DNA of 25,197 bases, taken from IMG/VR virus record IMGVR_UViG_2671180432_000001. The stretch is one strand, 5' to 3'. The DNA comes from a virus (taxonomy: Duplodnaviria; Heunggongvirae; Uroviricota; Caudoviricetes). Positions 9,274-18,296 of the stretch are shown here, in pieces (positions within the stretch are counted from its first letter, which is position 1; every line of letters starts with the position of its first letter). Under the pieces are notes generated by a model. It saw only the letters and a list, made by a program, of their open reading frames with translations, did no database searches and was not told the DNA's origin. Made by a program: the position numbers and the translations under genes.

Positions 9274-9914
9274 TTGTCGGTATACCTCTCTCGTTTGCTC
9301 AGTTGTTCAGGAATATGGTGCAGCAGCTCGCCGTCACCACAGTAAATGGCGGCATGATTCGGCACCGATGAACCAAAACAGCACAGCAGCACATCGCCCG
9401 GCTGCGCCGCTGACAACGGCACCTGATACAGCCCTGTGGCCTCCAGATTATCCAGATAGAGATTCTGACCGTGACGCCACCAGTCATCCTCACGATGAAA
9501 ATCCGGCATCTCAATCCCCGCCAGATGGTAAGCATCCCGGAACAGCGTGTAACAGTCCGTCACCCCGTGCTCAAAGCGCCGCCCGGTAAGATGTGGCACA
9601 CAGCGGAACTTGTGAATCGCCCCCCGGCAGACCAGCCACCACGGCAAATCACTCTGCACCTGCAGCCGCCGGTCGGCCTCACTCAGCCAGGGCAGACCAC
9701 CGGGGTGGCTGTGGACCAGTGCCACAATCTCACCCTGCATCTCTGCCTGCAGCCAGTCTTCCGGCGACATACGGAAATACGCCTCCGGCTCACCGGAGAT
9801 ATTCACGCAGGGGAAATATCTTTCCCCCTCCGGCGTTCTTACCACGAAGCCGCACGACTCCGCTGGAGCACATCGCCGGGCGTGCGCCAGAATCGCTGAT
9901 TCTGTCTCTGTCAT
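9171..9914 (-). CDS. K: Tail tip assembly protein K (MPN/JAMM plus NlpC/P60-like); full ORF 247 aa, whereas the classical lambda annotation starts at internal Met49 (9770) giving 199 aa
   Basis: MTETESAILAHARRCAPAESCGFVV...VALVHSHPGGLPWLSEADRR (an H-S-H-x7-S-x2-D motif)...GVTDCYTLFRDAYH...; the ORF begins 6 nt after the L stop. Confidence 0.9.
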   Translation of the reverse strand: MTETESAILAHARRCAPAESCGFVVRTPEGERYFPCVNISGEPEAYFRMSPEDWLQAEMQGEIVALVHSHPGGLPWLSEADRRLQVQSDLPWWLVCRGAIHKFRCVPHLTGRRFEHGVTDCYTLFRDAYHLAGIEMPDFHREDDWWRHGQNLYLDNLEATGLYQVPLSAAQPGDVLLCCFGSSVPNHAAIYCGDGELLHHIPEQLSKRERYTDKWQRRTHSLWRHRAWHASAFTGICNDLAAASTFV

Positions 9915-9919
9915 GGGAT

Positions 9920-10618
9920 TTACTGCGAAAGTTTGTTAATGGAAAGGAAGCCGCCAAAGTTGCCGACGTTATTGCGAAACTTACAGCCACTCAGGCATTT
10001 GCTGCATTTATCCTTCGTGATGTCGGACGTTGGCTGGTCATATTCATCCGCGACCGCCGGACCGTGATAACCGCACTCATCGCCGCGATAGGTCCAGGTG
10101 CAGGTGTTGGCCAGCATGATACGTCCCGGAAAAACAGCGCCATCTGTTTCCGTCGGCGTGGACAGTACAAAAGAGGCACTCACCGCGCTCAGTTCGCTGC
10201 ACTGCTCAATGCGCCAGCGGCTGATCACCTCCTGCTCCGGATCGGCGTCACTGTTTCCGTTGACGAAGTTCACCGCATCCAGAAAACGGGCGTAAACCTT
10301 ACGCCGGACCACCGTTCCGCCGACCAGACTCTGTAGATCTTCCGCCATCCCGGTGACCATACCGTACAGGTTAGAAACCATCAGCGTGGGGCGCGTACTG
10401 GTGCCTTTGCCATTCAGTTCAAAACCACTCCCCTGAATGGGATACGGCTGATACTGTCGCCCCTGCCAGGTGACCGGCTCACCTTTTTCGTTCTGCTCAT
10501 TACAGAAAAAATAACGTTCTCCACCGACCTCTGTCAGATCGATTTCCCAGAGCACCACGCTGGCCGACTGCTCCGCACGGGTGCATTCATTCAGTGTTTC
10601 CTGCCGGATATCCTGCAT
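9920..10618 (-). CDS. L: Tail tip protein L
   Basis: 232 aa, MQDIRQETLNECTRAEQSASVVLWEIDLTEVGGERYFFCNEQNEKGEPVTWQGRQYQPYPIQGSGFELNGKG...; same length as lambda L. Start overlaps the M stop (ATGA). Confidence 0.95.
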   Translation of the reverse strand: MQDIRQETLNECTRAEQSASVVLWEIDLTEVGGERYFFCNEQNEKGEPVTWQGRQYQPYPIQGSGFELNGKGTSTRPTLMVSNLYGMVTGMAEDLQSLVGGTVVRRKVYARFLDAVNFVNGNSDADPEQEVISRWRIEQCSELSAVSASFVLSTPTETDGAVFPGRIMLANTCTWTYRGDECGYHGPAVADEYDQPTSDITKDKCSKCLSGCKFRNNVGNFGGFLSINKLSQ

Positions 10619-10947
10619 CAGTTCACCACCTGTTCAAACTCTGCGCTGAACTCAACACGCAGCATACTGACCCGCGACGACCATTTTGCGCAGGTCACCT
10701 TTATCTGCCGCCACTCATAAGGCGGCGTCCACAGAAAGGCTTTCCAGCCCCCGTGCTCTTCCAGAAACGACTCCAGTACCATGGCCTCCTCACGGGGGAC
10801 AGAAAGCGTCACGCTGTACGTTTTCAGGTTGGCATTCAGCCCGGCAGGCGCTCGCTGGGAATAGCCATCACCAAAGCGCACCTTTCTTACAGAAGGGGCC
10901 GAAGCCACATCCATACCGGGTTTCACTTTCCAGCGGAAGGTTTTCAT
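10618..10947 (-). CDS. M: Tail tip protein M
   Basis: 109 aa, MKTFRWKVKPGMDVASAPSVRKVRFGDGYSQRAPAGLNANLKTYSVTLSVPREEA...; start overlaps the H stop by 4 nt. Confidence 0.95.
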   Translation of the reverse strand: MKTFRWKVKPGMDVASAPSVRKVRFGDGYSQRAPAGLNANLKTYSVTLSVPREEAMVLESFLEEHGGWKAFLWTPPYEWRQIKVTCAKWSSRVSMLRVEFSAEFEQVVN

Positions 10948-13505
10948 CGTCCACCTCCGGAGAACAGGCCACCATCACGCATCTGTGTCTGAATTTCATC
11001 ACGGGCACCCTTGCGGGCCATGTCATACACGGCCTTCATCATCTGTGGACCTGGCAGACCATTCGTACCGTCGTTCTGAATCACCACGTGATTGTTCTGA
11101 TTAAAATTAATGCCTTCAGCCCGCCGCATCTGCGCCGGACTTCCGGCACCGCCCACATAACCACCTTCCGCATAGCCGCGCATCAGCCGGTAGAGATTCC
11201 CCACGCCAATCCGGCTGGTTGCCTCCTTCGTGAAGACAAATTCACCACGGTGAACAATCCCCGCTGGCTCATATTTGCCGCCGGTTCCCGTAAATCCCCC
11301 GGTTGCAAAATGGAATTTCACCGCAGCGGCCTGAATGGCTGTACCACCTGACGCGGATGCGCCGCCACCAACAGCCCCGCCAATGGCGCTGCCGATACTC
11401 CCGACAATCCCCACCATTGCCTGCTTAAGCAGAATTTCTGTCATCATGGACAGCACGGAGCGGGTGAAGCTGCGCCAGTTCTGTTCACTGCCGGTCAGCA
11501 TCGCCGCCATATTCTGTGCAATACCATCAAAGGTCTGCGTGGCTGCACTTTTAACCTGTGACATACTGTCCGTGGCGCTCTCTTCCCACTCACTCCAGCC
11601 GGACTTCAGGCCTGCCATCCAGCTCCCGCGAAGCTGGTCTTCAGCCGCCCAGGTCTTTTTCTGCTCTGACATGACGTTATTCAGCGCCAGAGGATTATCG
11701 CCATACTGTTCCTTCAGGCGCTGTTCCGTGGCTTCCCGCGCTGCCTGCCGGTCAGTCAGCCCCCGGTTTTTCGCATCAATGGCTGCCCGTTTTGCCCGTT
11801 GCTGCTGTGCGAATTTATCCGCCTGCTGCGCCAGCGCATTCAGGTGCTCCTGATACGTAACCTTGTCACCAAGTGCAGCCAGCTGGCGTTTGTACTCCAG
11901 CGTCTCGTCTTTATGCGCCAGCAGGGATTTCTCCTGTGCGGACAGCTGGCGACGTTGTGCCGCCTCCTCCAGTACCGCGAACTGACTTTCTGCCTTCCAC
12001 AAATCCCGGCGCTGCTGGCTGATTTTCTCATTCGCTCCGGCATGCTTCTCCAGCGTCCGGAGTTCTGCCTGAAGCGTCAGCAGGGCCGCATGAGCACTGT
12101 CTTCCTGACGATCGCCCGCATACACCTTCACGCCGGACTGTTTCGGCTTTTTCAGCGTCGCTTCATAATCCTTTTTCGCCGCCGCCATCAGCGTGTTGTA
12201 ATCTGCCTGCAGGATTTTTCCGTCTTTCAGTGCCTTGTTCAGTTCTTCCTGACGGGCGGTATATTTCTCCAGCGGCGTCTGCAGCCGTTCGTAAGCCTTC
12301 TGCGCCTCTTCGGTATATTTCAGCCGTGACGCTTCGGTATCGCTCTGCTGCTGCGCATTTTTGTCCTGTTGACGCTGTTGATCTACCCTCTTTTGGGCTG
12401 CATCCCGCTCCAGGCGTTTTTTTTCACGATCATCCCAGTAACGCGCCCGTGCTTCATCGTTAACGAAATAATCATCCTTGCGCAGATTCCAGATGTCGTC
12501 TGCTTTCTTAAACGCAGCCTCTGCCTTAATCAGCATCTCCTGCGCGGTATCAGGACGACCAATATCCAGCACCGCATCCCACATGGATTTGAATGCACGT
12601 GCAGTCCTGTCTGCCCAGGTCTCCAGCGTGCCCATGTTCTCTTTCAGGCGGCGGGTCTGGTCATCAAACCCTTTCGTTGCGGCCTCGTTCGCCGCCTGCA
12701 ATGCCCCGGCTTCATCGCCGGAACGCTGCAACTGAGCAACATACGCAATCTGCTCCGCCGTCACGTTATGGAACTGGCGTGCCATCGCCGTCAGCCCCGA
12801 CGTCGGGTCTGTGGTCAGCTTCCCGAAGGCTTCAGCGACCTTGTCCACCTCCACGCCGGATGCATAGGAGAAACGCGCCACACTCTGGCTGATGGACGCA
12901 ATCTGAGCCTCACCGCTTACCCCCGCCTTAACCAGTGCGCTGAGTGACTCGCTGGTCTGGTTAAACGTCAGCCCTGCCGCCTGCCCGGCTCTGGACAGGA
13001 CCAGCATACGATCTGCCGTCAGTCCCGCCTGATTACCGGAAAGGACCAGCGTTTTGTTGAAATCGGACAGGGTTGAGTTGCCCTGATACCAGGCATACGC
13101 CAGCGCACCGGTCGCCACCGCCAGCGAGGTGGCCCCCACCATCGGCAGGGTGATCGCGCCGGCAAGCCCCCTGAACATGGGGATCATCCCGCCGAAGGAG
13201 TCCTTAACCTGACCACCCTGTTGCAGCAGGATCAGCCAGGGATTCTGCCCCCCTGCAAGCTGCGTGGCCACGTCGGTGAACTGTGCAGGCAGCATACGCA
13301 TGGCGGCTTTATACTGCCCGACGGAAATCCCCGCTTTCTGTGCAGCCAGCGCCTGTCGGCTCAGCGACTGTTCAACGACTGCCGCTGTTTTTTTCGCATC
13401 ACTTTCCGTACCGGAAAAATGACGCCTGACTCTGGCCATCTGCTCGTCAAATCTGGCCGCATCCAGACTCAAATCAACGACCAGATCGCCTACCGGTTCA
13501 GCCAT
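10944..13505 (-). CDS. H: Tail tape-measure protein H
   Basis: 853 aa (same length as lambda H), MAEPVGDLVVDLSLDAARFDEQMARVRRHFSGTESDAKKTAAVVEQSL...; coiled-coil-like Q/R/E/A-rich middle region. Confidence 0.95.
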   Translation of the reverse strand: MAEPVGDLVVDLSLDAARFDEQMARVRRHFSGTESDAKKTAAVVEQSLSRQALAAQKAGISVGQYKAAMRMLPAQFTDVATQLAGGQNPWLILLQQGGQVKDSFGGMIPMFRGLAGAITLPMVGATSLAVATGALAYAWYQGNSTLSDFNKTLVLSGNQAGLTADRMLVLSRAGQAAGLTFNQTSESLSALVKAGVSGEAQIASISQSVARFSYASGVEVDKVAEAFGKLTTDPTSGLTAMARQFHNVTAEQIAYVAQLQRSGDEAGALQAANEAATKGFDDQTRRLKENMGTLETWADRTARAFKSMWDAVLDIGRPDTAQEMLIKAEAAFKKADDIWNLRKDDYFVNDEARARYWDDREKKRLERDAAQKRVDQQRQQDKNAQQQSDTEASRLKYTEEAQKAYERLQTPLEKYTARQEELNKALKDGKILQADYNTLMAAAKKDYEATLKKPKQSGVKVYAGDRQEDSAHAALLTLQAELRTLEKHAGANEKISQQRRDLWKAESQFAVLEEAAQRRQLSAQEKSLLAHKDETLEYKRQLAALGDKVTYQEHLNALAQQADKFAQQQRAKRAAIDAKNRGLTDRQAAREATEQRLKEQYGDNPLALNNVMSEQKKTWAAEDQLRGSWMAGLKSGWSEWEESATDSMSQVKSAATQTFDGIAQNMAAMLTGSEQNWRSFTRSVLSMMTEILLKQAMVGIVGSIGSAIGGAVGGGASASGGTAIQAAAVKFHFATGGFTGTGGKYEPAGIVHRGEFVFTKEATSRIGVGNLYRLMRGYAEGGYVGGAGSPAQMRRAEGINFNQNNHVVIQNDGTNGLPGPQMMKAVYDMARKGARDEIQTQMRDGGLFSGGGR

Positions 13506-14336
13506 ACCGGACTCCTCCTGCGATCCCTTCTGATACTGTCATCAGCATTACGTCATCCTCCGTCATGTCCGCCACATCCGGGGAAGCGGGGATAACTTCA
13601 TTCCCGTCCGGGCCAAAGCGGACACCTCCGGCAAGCCCTGCCGCTTTCTGCATCAGCACATCATCTTCAGGCTCTTCGTCAGCCTCGCGCCGGTTCAGCA
13701 GACTGAAATCCAGCGGATGCATCTCCGGATCGCTGAAAAACAGGCTGAGCACGGTGTACGTCAGCCCGGAAAAGTGCATATCCAGCAGAACATCATGAAA
13801 ATAATGGGTACTGTAAAAGCGGTGCCAGTCGGCATACTCCGTGGATGACATCCCGGCAAGCATGGCGCGCCAGTCGGGTCGCCCCATCTCACGCGCCAGT
13901 TTCAGGGCAAAACTCAGCTCACCGTCGAACACTTTCCCGCAGAAACAGGCTCTGCAGGCCCGGCGTCCTCTGCCTGTTCAGGAGCATCATTCACCACAAA
14001 CTCATACATACCGGACAGCCGGTACACCACGTTTTCAGCATGAGAAATTGCCTCTGTGGGCCAGGTGGTAAGCACTTCCTGCTCAATCTGTTTAACGGCT
14101 TCATTCATGGACGGCATCTGCGTCTTCTTCGGATGGTTATGCCACAGGGACATCGCAACCACAAAAGCGCCGGTTCTGATGGCGTCTTCCACAGTAAACT
14201 TCCGGTTGCTGTCTGACTCCGCCTGTTCTGCCTGCCGTTTCATCAGGTCGAGATGCTCAATACGCTGCAGGGCTGACAGTTCAGAAAGCGTGACGGTCAC
14301 ACCGTTATGTTCAAATGATTCGGTTTTCAGGAACAT
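13498..14336 (-). CDS. T: Tail assembly chaperone G-T fusion, made by a programmed -1 ribosomal frameshift near the end of G
   Basis: The T-frame ORF (13498-13932, ...FDGELSFALKLAREMGRPDWRAMLAGMSSTEYADWHRFYS...) has no start codon of its own and overlaps the G 3' end. The slippery heptamer GGGAAAG sits at 13932-13938 on the minus strand. Confidence 0.85.
13914..14336 (-). CDS. G: Tail assembly chaperone G
   Basis: 140 aa, MFLKTESFEHNGVTVTLSELSALQRIEHLDLMKRQAEQAESDSNRKFTVEDAIRTGAF...AGKCSTVS; GGAGAG Shine-Dalgarno 9 nt upstream. Confidence 0.95.
   Translation of the reverse strand: MFLKTESFEHNGVTVTLSELSALQRIEHLDLMKRQAEQAESDSNRKFTVEDAIRTGAFVVAMSLWHNHPKKTQMPSMNEAVKQIEQEVLTTWPTEAISHAENVVYRLSGMYEFVVNDAPEQAEDAGPAEPVSAGKCSTVS
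13932..13938 (-). other. Slippery heptamer G_GGA_AAG for the G to G-T -1 frameshift
   Basis: Plus-strand ctttccc at 13932-13938 is GGGAAAG on the coding strand, in context gcgGGAAAGtgttcgacggtgagctga. Confidence 0.85.
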
Positions 14337-14351
14337 CGCTGACTCTCCGGA

Positions 14352-15092
14352 TTAACTGGCGGTGACGTTGATTTCTGCAACCGCAGCAAACTCACCATTA
14401 CCAGATACGACCGGAATGTTGACCTTGCCTGCAGCAACACCTTTCACGGTGATGGTCATACCACTGACCGACACGGTGGCTTTTGTTTTATCCGCAGACA
14501 CCGCACGGAAGCTCTTGTCGGTTGCGCCATCCGGCTGGAATGCCACGGTCAGCGTGGTGCTCTGCCCTTTCACTACGGAAGCACTGGCGGGTGTCACCGT
14601 CATGCCGGTCGTCGCCGTCACCGTGCTGCGATCTTCTGCCATCGACGGACGTCCCACATTGGTGACCTTCACCGTGCGGGTAATCACCTCCTTCGCCGTC
14701 ACCGCCTTACCGATACTGCTGACCCAGCCACGGAACACATCGACCGTGCCGTTCGGGAAGCGGATTTTATAGGCACGGGTATCACCTTCATTAAACCACG
14801 CCAGCAGCGCCTGCTGCCCCTGCTCTCCGGGCATCCACGCCAGCGTGAAGCTGGTATCTCCGGCAGATTTCTGCCCCTGCCCGGTCGCAGTCCAGTCTGC
14901 ATCTTCATCATCGAGATAGCTGTCGTCATAGGACTCAGCGGTCAGTTCGCCGGGCGTCAGGTCTTTAACTTTTGCCAGACGCGACCAGTCAACGTCTGAA
15001 AGCGGGTTCGCATAAGGGTCACCGCTCCCCTTATAAACCCACAGGGTGGTCCCGGCACCTTTCACCGGCATTGTAGGATTTGGTACAGGCAT
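14352..15092 (-). CDS. V: Major tail protein V
   Basis: 246 aa from [45 protein letters not shown]..., the same length as lambda V. The ORF track's upstream extension ([10 protein letters not shown]) would overlap U and is rejected. Confidence 0.95.
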   Translation of the reverse strand: MPVPNPTMPVKGAGTTLWVYKGSGDPYANPLSDVDWSRLAKVKDLTPGELTAESYDDSYLDDEDADWTATGQGQKSAGDTSFTLAWMPGEQGQQALLAWFNEGDTRAYKIRFPNGTVDVFRGWVSSIGKAVTAKEVITRTVKVTNVGRPSMAEDRSTVTATTGMTVTPASASVVKGQSTTLTVAFQPDGATDKSFRAVSADKTKATVSVSGMTITVKGVAAGKVNIPVVSGNGEFAAVAEINVTAS

Positions 15093-15099
15093 AGCGTCC

Positions 15100-15495
15100 T
15101 CACATTTCATAGATAATGACATAAGTCAGATCGGCTGAACTCCACAGGCCCGCATCATCGTCGCGCCGGTAGTCATAGCCGCTGGCCACCATACTGGTGA
15201 TCAAATCTGACAGTGCCGGGATATCGCTCATCACCGGATAAATCCGGGACTCCATCCACGAATCCAGCTCTGAATCCGGCACCTGAGCAGGCAGGAAAAC
15301 TTCAATATGCAGCTCCGCCTGCCAGGTATCGCTGTCCAGCTCTTCGCCCGTGTATTCAGCGCCGGTGAGATAAACGGCAATTGCCGGAAAATCTTCCTCA
15401 TCAAAAACAGCGGGGCGACCATCAAAAAGCGTCGCCCCGGTGTCATGCTTCTCCAGTGCATCCAGTACGGCTGCACGGAGTTCAGTATGTTTCAT
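15100..15495 (-). CDS. U: Tail terminator protein U
   Basis: 131 aa, [67 protein letters not shown]...; start overlaps the Z stop (ATGA). Confidence 0.95.
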   Translation of the reverse strand: MKHTELRAAVLDALEKHDTGATLFDGRPAVFDEEDFPAIAVYLTGAEYTGEELDSDTWQAELHIEVFLPAQVPDSELDSWMESRIYPVMSDIPALSDLITSMVASGYDYRRDDDAGLWSSADLTYVIIYEM

Positions 15496-15920
15496 CGCTT
15501 TATTACCATTCTCAGTTGATGCTGCAGCGCATAGCCCAGCTCTTTCGGAAGACGTTCACGCCGTATCCGTTCAATATTCTGTTTAAACGCCGTGGTCAGC
15601 GGCACCGCCATCGGGATTTTCACCACATCAATGGGGTAACGGTTTTTCCCGGCCACACGCTGCATAACATGCCACCGGCCGTTTTTCAGTTGCTGAATAA
15701 ACGCGCCGGGAATACGACGGTTACCCACCACAAGCACGCTGCCGCCACCTTTCAGGGATGAACGCTGCCCCTTTTTATGACGCCTGCGGCGGGACAGGAC
15801 AACCCGCGCATTACCCAGCTTGATTACGGGCAAATCCCCCCGGTTAACTTTGATTCTGGCCTGCGGATTTTTGACCGTGGCCCTTTTCAGCCTGGCCCTT
15901 TCCTTTACCAGTTTCCGGCG
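15492..15920 (-). CDS. Z: Tail completion protein Z; 3' part only, the start codon lies inside the N-run
   Basis: The visible 143 codons, ...RRKLVKERARLKRATVKNPQARIKVNRGDLPVIKLGNARVVLSRRRRHKKGQRSSLKGGGSVLVVGNRR...QLRMVIKR, match the lambda Z C-terminal portion. Confidence 0.85.
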   Translation of the reverse strand, partial: RRKLVKERARLKRATVKNPQARIKVNRGDLPVIKLGNARVVLSRRRRHKKGQRSSLKGGGSVLVVGNRRIPGAFIQQLKNGRWHVMQRVAGKNRYPIDVVKIPMAVPLTTAFKQNIERIRRERLPKELGYALQHQLRMVIKR

Positions 15921-16170
15921 NNNNNNNNNNNNNNNNNNNNNNNNNNNNNNNNNNNNNNNNNNNNNNNNNNNNNNNNNNNNNNNNNNNNNNNNNNNNNNNN
16001 NNNNNNNNNNNNNNNNNNNNNNNNNNNNNNNNNNNNNNNNNNNNNNNNNNNNNNNNNNNNNNNNNNNNNNNNNNNNNNNNNNNNNNNNNNNNNNNNNNNN
16101 NNNNNNNNNNNNNNNNNNNNNNNNNNNNNNNNNNNNNNNNNNNNNNNNNNNNNNNNNNNNNNNNNNNNNN
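15921..16170. other. N-run (250 nt) spanning the FII 3' end and the Z 5' end
   Basis: Direct observation. Confidence 1.
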
Positions 16171-16422
16171 ACCGATGGTCAGCGTGTCTCCACGCCGCAG
16201 CTGCCGCACCTCATCAGTCCGGACAAACAGGGACGGGCTGGAGCCTTCAACGCGCACGCCCTGTCCGGCATAGCTGATATTTTCAGGGTCATCAAAAACA
16301 CCACGTATCACCGCACCTGACTGCTCACCGGATGTCATGGTGGCTGACGTTCCCATGTACCCGCGTATCGTTTCATCGGCGCGGGCAATGGCAGCATCGA
16401 ACAGGTTATCGAAATCAGCCAC
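16171..16422 (-). CDS. FII: Head-tail connector protein FII; 5' part only, the stop lies inside the N-run
   Basis: MADFDNLFDAAIARADETIRGYMGTSATMTSGEQSGAVIRGVFDDPENISYAGQGVRVEGSSPSLFVRTDEVRQLRRGDTLTIG..., matching lambda FII. Confidence 0.85.
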
Positions 16423-16433
16423 AGCGCCTCCCG

Positions 16434-16832
16434 TTATTGCATTCTGGCCAGGCCGCGCTCTGTCATTTCGGCTGCCACACCGGCAGAGACACGAAACGCC
16501 GTTCCCGGCAGCACAAATGCCACAGGTTTATCCCGCGTGGCGTGAAGTGCATCAGTATGCAGCGTCACCAGTGCCACGACCGTGACCAGTTCAGCCGTAT
16601 CCTGAATCACGGTATCCGGCTGCGCTGATACCACCTCATTTTCATGCCCGGTCAGCACATTTTCCCGGCTGAGAGGGGTGTCCTGACCGGCAGTTTCATC
16701 CGTGTCATCAAGCTCTTCTTCCAGCTCTGCCACACGAAGCGCCAGTTCTTCTTTCGTTCCCGTCAAACTGACATCGCGGTTCAATTGCTCACCCAGCTCC
16801 TGAAGACGGGCAATCAGTTCATCTTTCGTCAT
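16434..16832 (-). CDS. FI: DNA-packaging protein FI
   Basis: 132 aa from MTKDELIARLQELGEQLNRDVSLTGTKEELALRVAELEEELDDTDETAGQDTPLSRENVLTGHENE..., the same length as lambda FI. The ORF track's upstream extension is rejected. Confidence 0.9.
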   Translation of the reverse strand: MTKDELIARLQELGEQLNRDVSLTGTKEELALRVAELEEELDDTDETAGQDTPLSRENVLTGHENEVVSAQPDTVIQDTAELVTVVALVTLHTDALHATRDKPVAFVLPGTAFRVSAGVAAEMTERGLARMQ

Positions 16833-16853
16833 GAACTCCTCCACAGAGAGAAA

Positions 16854-16871
16854 ATGGCCCCGAAGGGCCAT
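16854..16871 (-). other. Stable mRNA stem-loop immediately 3' of E (minus strand: atggccc-ttcg-gggccat, a UUCG tetraloop)
   Basis: Perfect 7-bp inverted repeat with a 4-nt loop, read directly. It lies between the E stop (16874) and the FI Shine-Dalgarno. Confidence 0.5.
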
Positions 16872-16873
16872 GA

Positions 16874-17899
16874 TTACGCCAGTTGAACGGACACGAACTC
16901 ATCAGGATCAGCCAGCAGCATCAGCGGTGCTGACTGAATCATGGTGAACTCACGCGCCGGATCGCCGGTGGTCACCCAGTTTTTCGGGTAACGGGCAGAA
17001 GCGTTAATGCCTTCGCGCTGTGCGTCCGCATCCTGAATGCAGCCATAGGTGCGCAGACCGCGAGCCTGAGTGTTCCCCAGCACCATCGTGTTGTCCGGCA
17101 GGAAGTTCTTTTTGACGCCGTTTTCCACGTACTGTCCGGAATACACGACGATGGCCACATCGCCATACATTCCCTTATAGGACACCGCTTTGCCCAGGTC
17201 TTTTACCGCTGTCTCCAGCTCGGAATGAGAGCCGCGACGGGTATCCAGCTTCTCCTTGACGGCTTTGAAGGAACGGAACAGCGCCCAGCCTTTCGGGTCA
17301 AACACGATGATATTCACCACACCGCTGGCGTTCAGCGCGTAGGCTTCGATATCGTCGGTCGGGTCATACGTGGACTTGTCACGCTTGCTCCACTCCGTGA
17401 CGCCGGACTGTGTGATGTTGTTCGCCGCACTGCGGCCCATATCCACCTCAACCGGATCGAAGGCTTCACCGGTCATGGTGTATTTGCCCTTGAGCACGGC
17501 AGAAACTGCCTGCATCTCTTCGACCTGAGCAATGGCCAGCTCTTCGTCACGCATGTTCTGCATGATGATGCGACGGCGGCGGTAAGCCGGGTCCGCCAGA
17601 TTCTGCGGATCTTCATCCGGCAGGCGACGCAGGGTCATCTGCGGATTCACCTCATGCTTGGGTTTGACATATCCCGGCGTAAATTCAGAGGTGGAGCCGC
17701 CACGGGAACGGATAACCTCACCGGAAACAATCGGCGAAACGTACAGCGCCATGTTTACCAGTCCCGGAATTTGTGAGAGATAGACTTTCTCCGTAGTGAA
17801 GGGATAGCTCTCACGGAAAAAGAGACGCAGAAACAGCGGATCAAACTTAAATTTCTGCTCATTTGCCGCCAGCAGCTGGGCGGTTGTGTACATCGACAT
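16874..17899 (-). CDS. E: Major capsid protein E
   Basis: 341 aa from MSMYTTAQLLAANEQKFKFDPLFLRLFFRESYPFTTEKVYLSQIPGLVNMALYVSPIVSGEVIRSRGG..., the same length as lambda E. The track's 9-codon upstream extension is rejected. Confidence 0.95.
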   Translation of the reverse strand: MSMYTTAQLLAANEQKFKFDPLFLRLFFRESYPFTTEKVYLSQIPGLVNMALYVSPIVSGEVIRSRGGSTSEFTPGYVKPKHEVNPQMTLRRLPDEDPQNLADPAYRRRRIIMQNMRDEELAIAQVEEMQAVSAVLKGKYTMTGEAFDPVEVDMGRSAANNITQSGVTEWSKRDKSTYDPTDDIEAYALNASGVVNIIVFDPKGWALFRSFKAVKEKLDTRRGSHSELETAVKDLGKAVSYKGMYGDVAIVVYSGQYVENGVKKNFLPDNTMVLGNTQARGLRTYGCIQDADAQREGINASARYPKNWVTTGDPAREFTMIQSAPLMLLADPDEFVSVQLA

Positions 17900-17913
17900 A
17901 AAAAAATCCCGTA

Positions 17914-17934
17914 AAAAAAGCCACACAGGCGGCC
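17914..17934 (-). other. Weak hairpin plus T-run between D and E (minus strand: gccgcctgtgtggc-ttttttt)
   Basis: 5-bp stem with one G-U pair, then seven T on the transcript. It is also present at the equivalent lambda position as I recall it. Confidence 0.35.
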
Positions 17935-17954
17935 TTTAGTGATGAAGGGTAAAG

Positions 17955-18287
17955 TTAAACGATGCTGATTGCCGTTCCGGCAAACACGGTCCGTTTTTTC
18001 GTCTCGTCGCTGGCAGCCTCCGGCCAGAGCACATCCTCATAACGGAACGTGCCGGACTTGTAGAACGTCAGTGTGGTGCTGGTCTGGTCAGCAGCAACCG
18101 CAAGAATGCCAACGGCAGCACCGTCGGTGGTGCCATCCCACGCAACCAGCTTACGGGTGGAGGTGTCCAGCATCAGCGGGGTCATTGCAGGCGCTTTCGC
18201 ACTCAATCCGCCGGGCGCGGTTGCGGTATGAGCCGGGTCACTATTGCCCAGCGGCTGGTAATGGGTAAAGGTTTCTTTGCTCGTCAT
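17955..18287 (-). CDS. D: Head decoration protein D
   Basis: 110 aa from [43 protein letters not shown]..., the same length as lambda D. The track begins two codons earlier (MFM). Confidence 0.95.
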   Translation of the reverse strand: MTSKETFTHYQPLGNSDPAHTATAPGGLSAKAPAMTPLMLDTSTRKLVAWDGTTDGAAVGILAVAADQTSTTLTFYKSGTFRYEDVLWPEAASDETKKRTVFAGTAISIV

Positions 18288-18296
18288 AAACATCCC

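Noticed and set aside
11335-13595. Multiple plus-strand ORFs (11335-11853, 11799-12329, 12369-12947, 13221-13595 and others) opposite H
   Set aside because: Antisense to the 853-aa tape-measure gene, whose identity and length are secure; Cys/Arg/Leu-rich junk composition.
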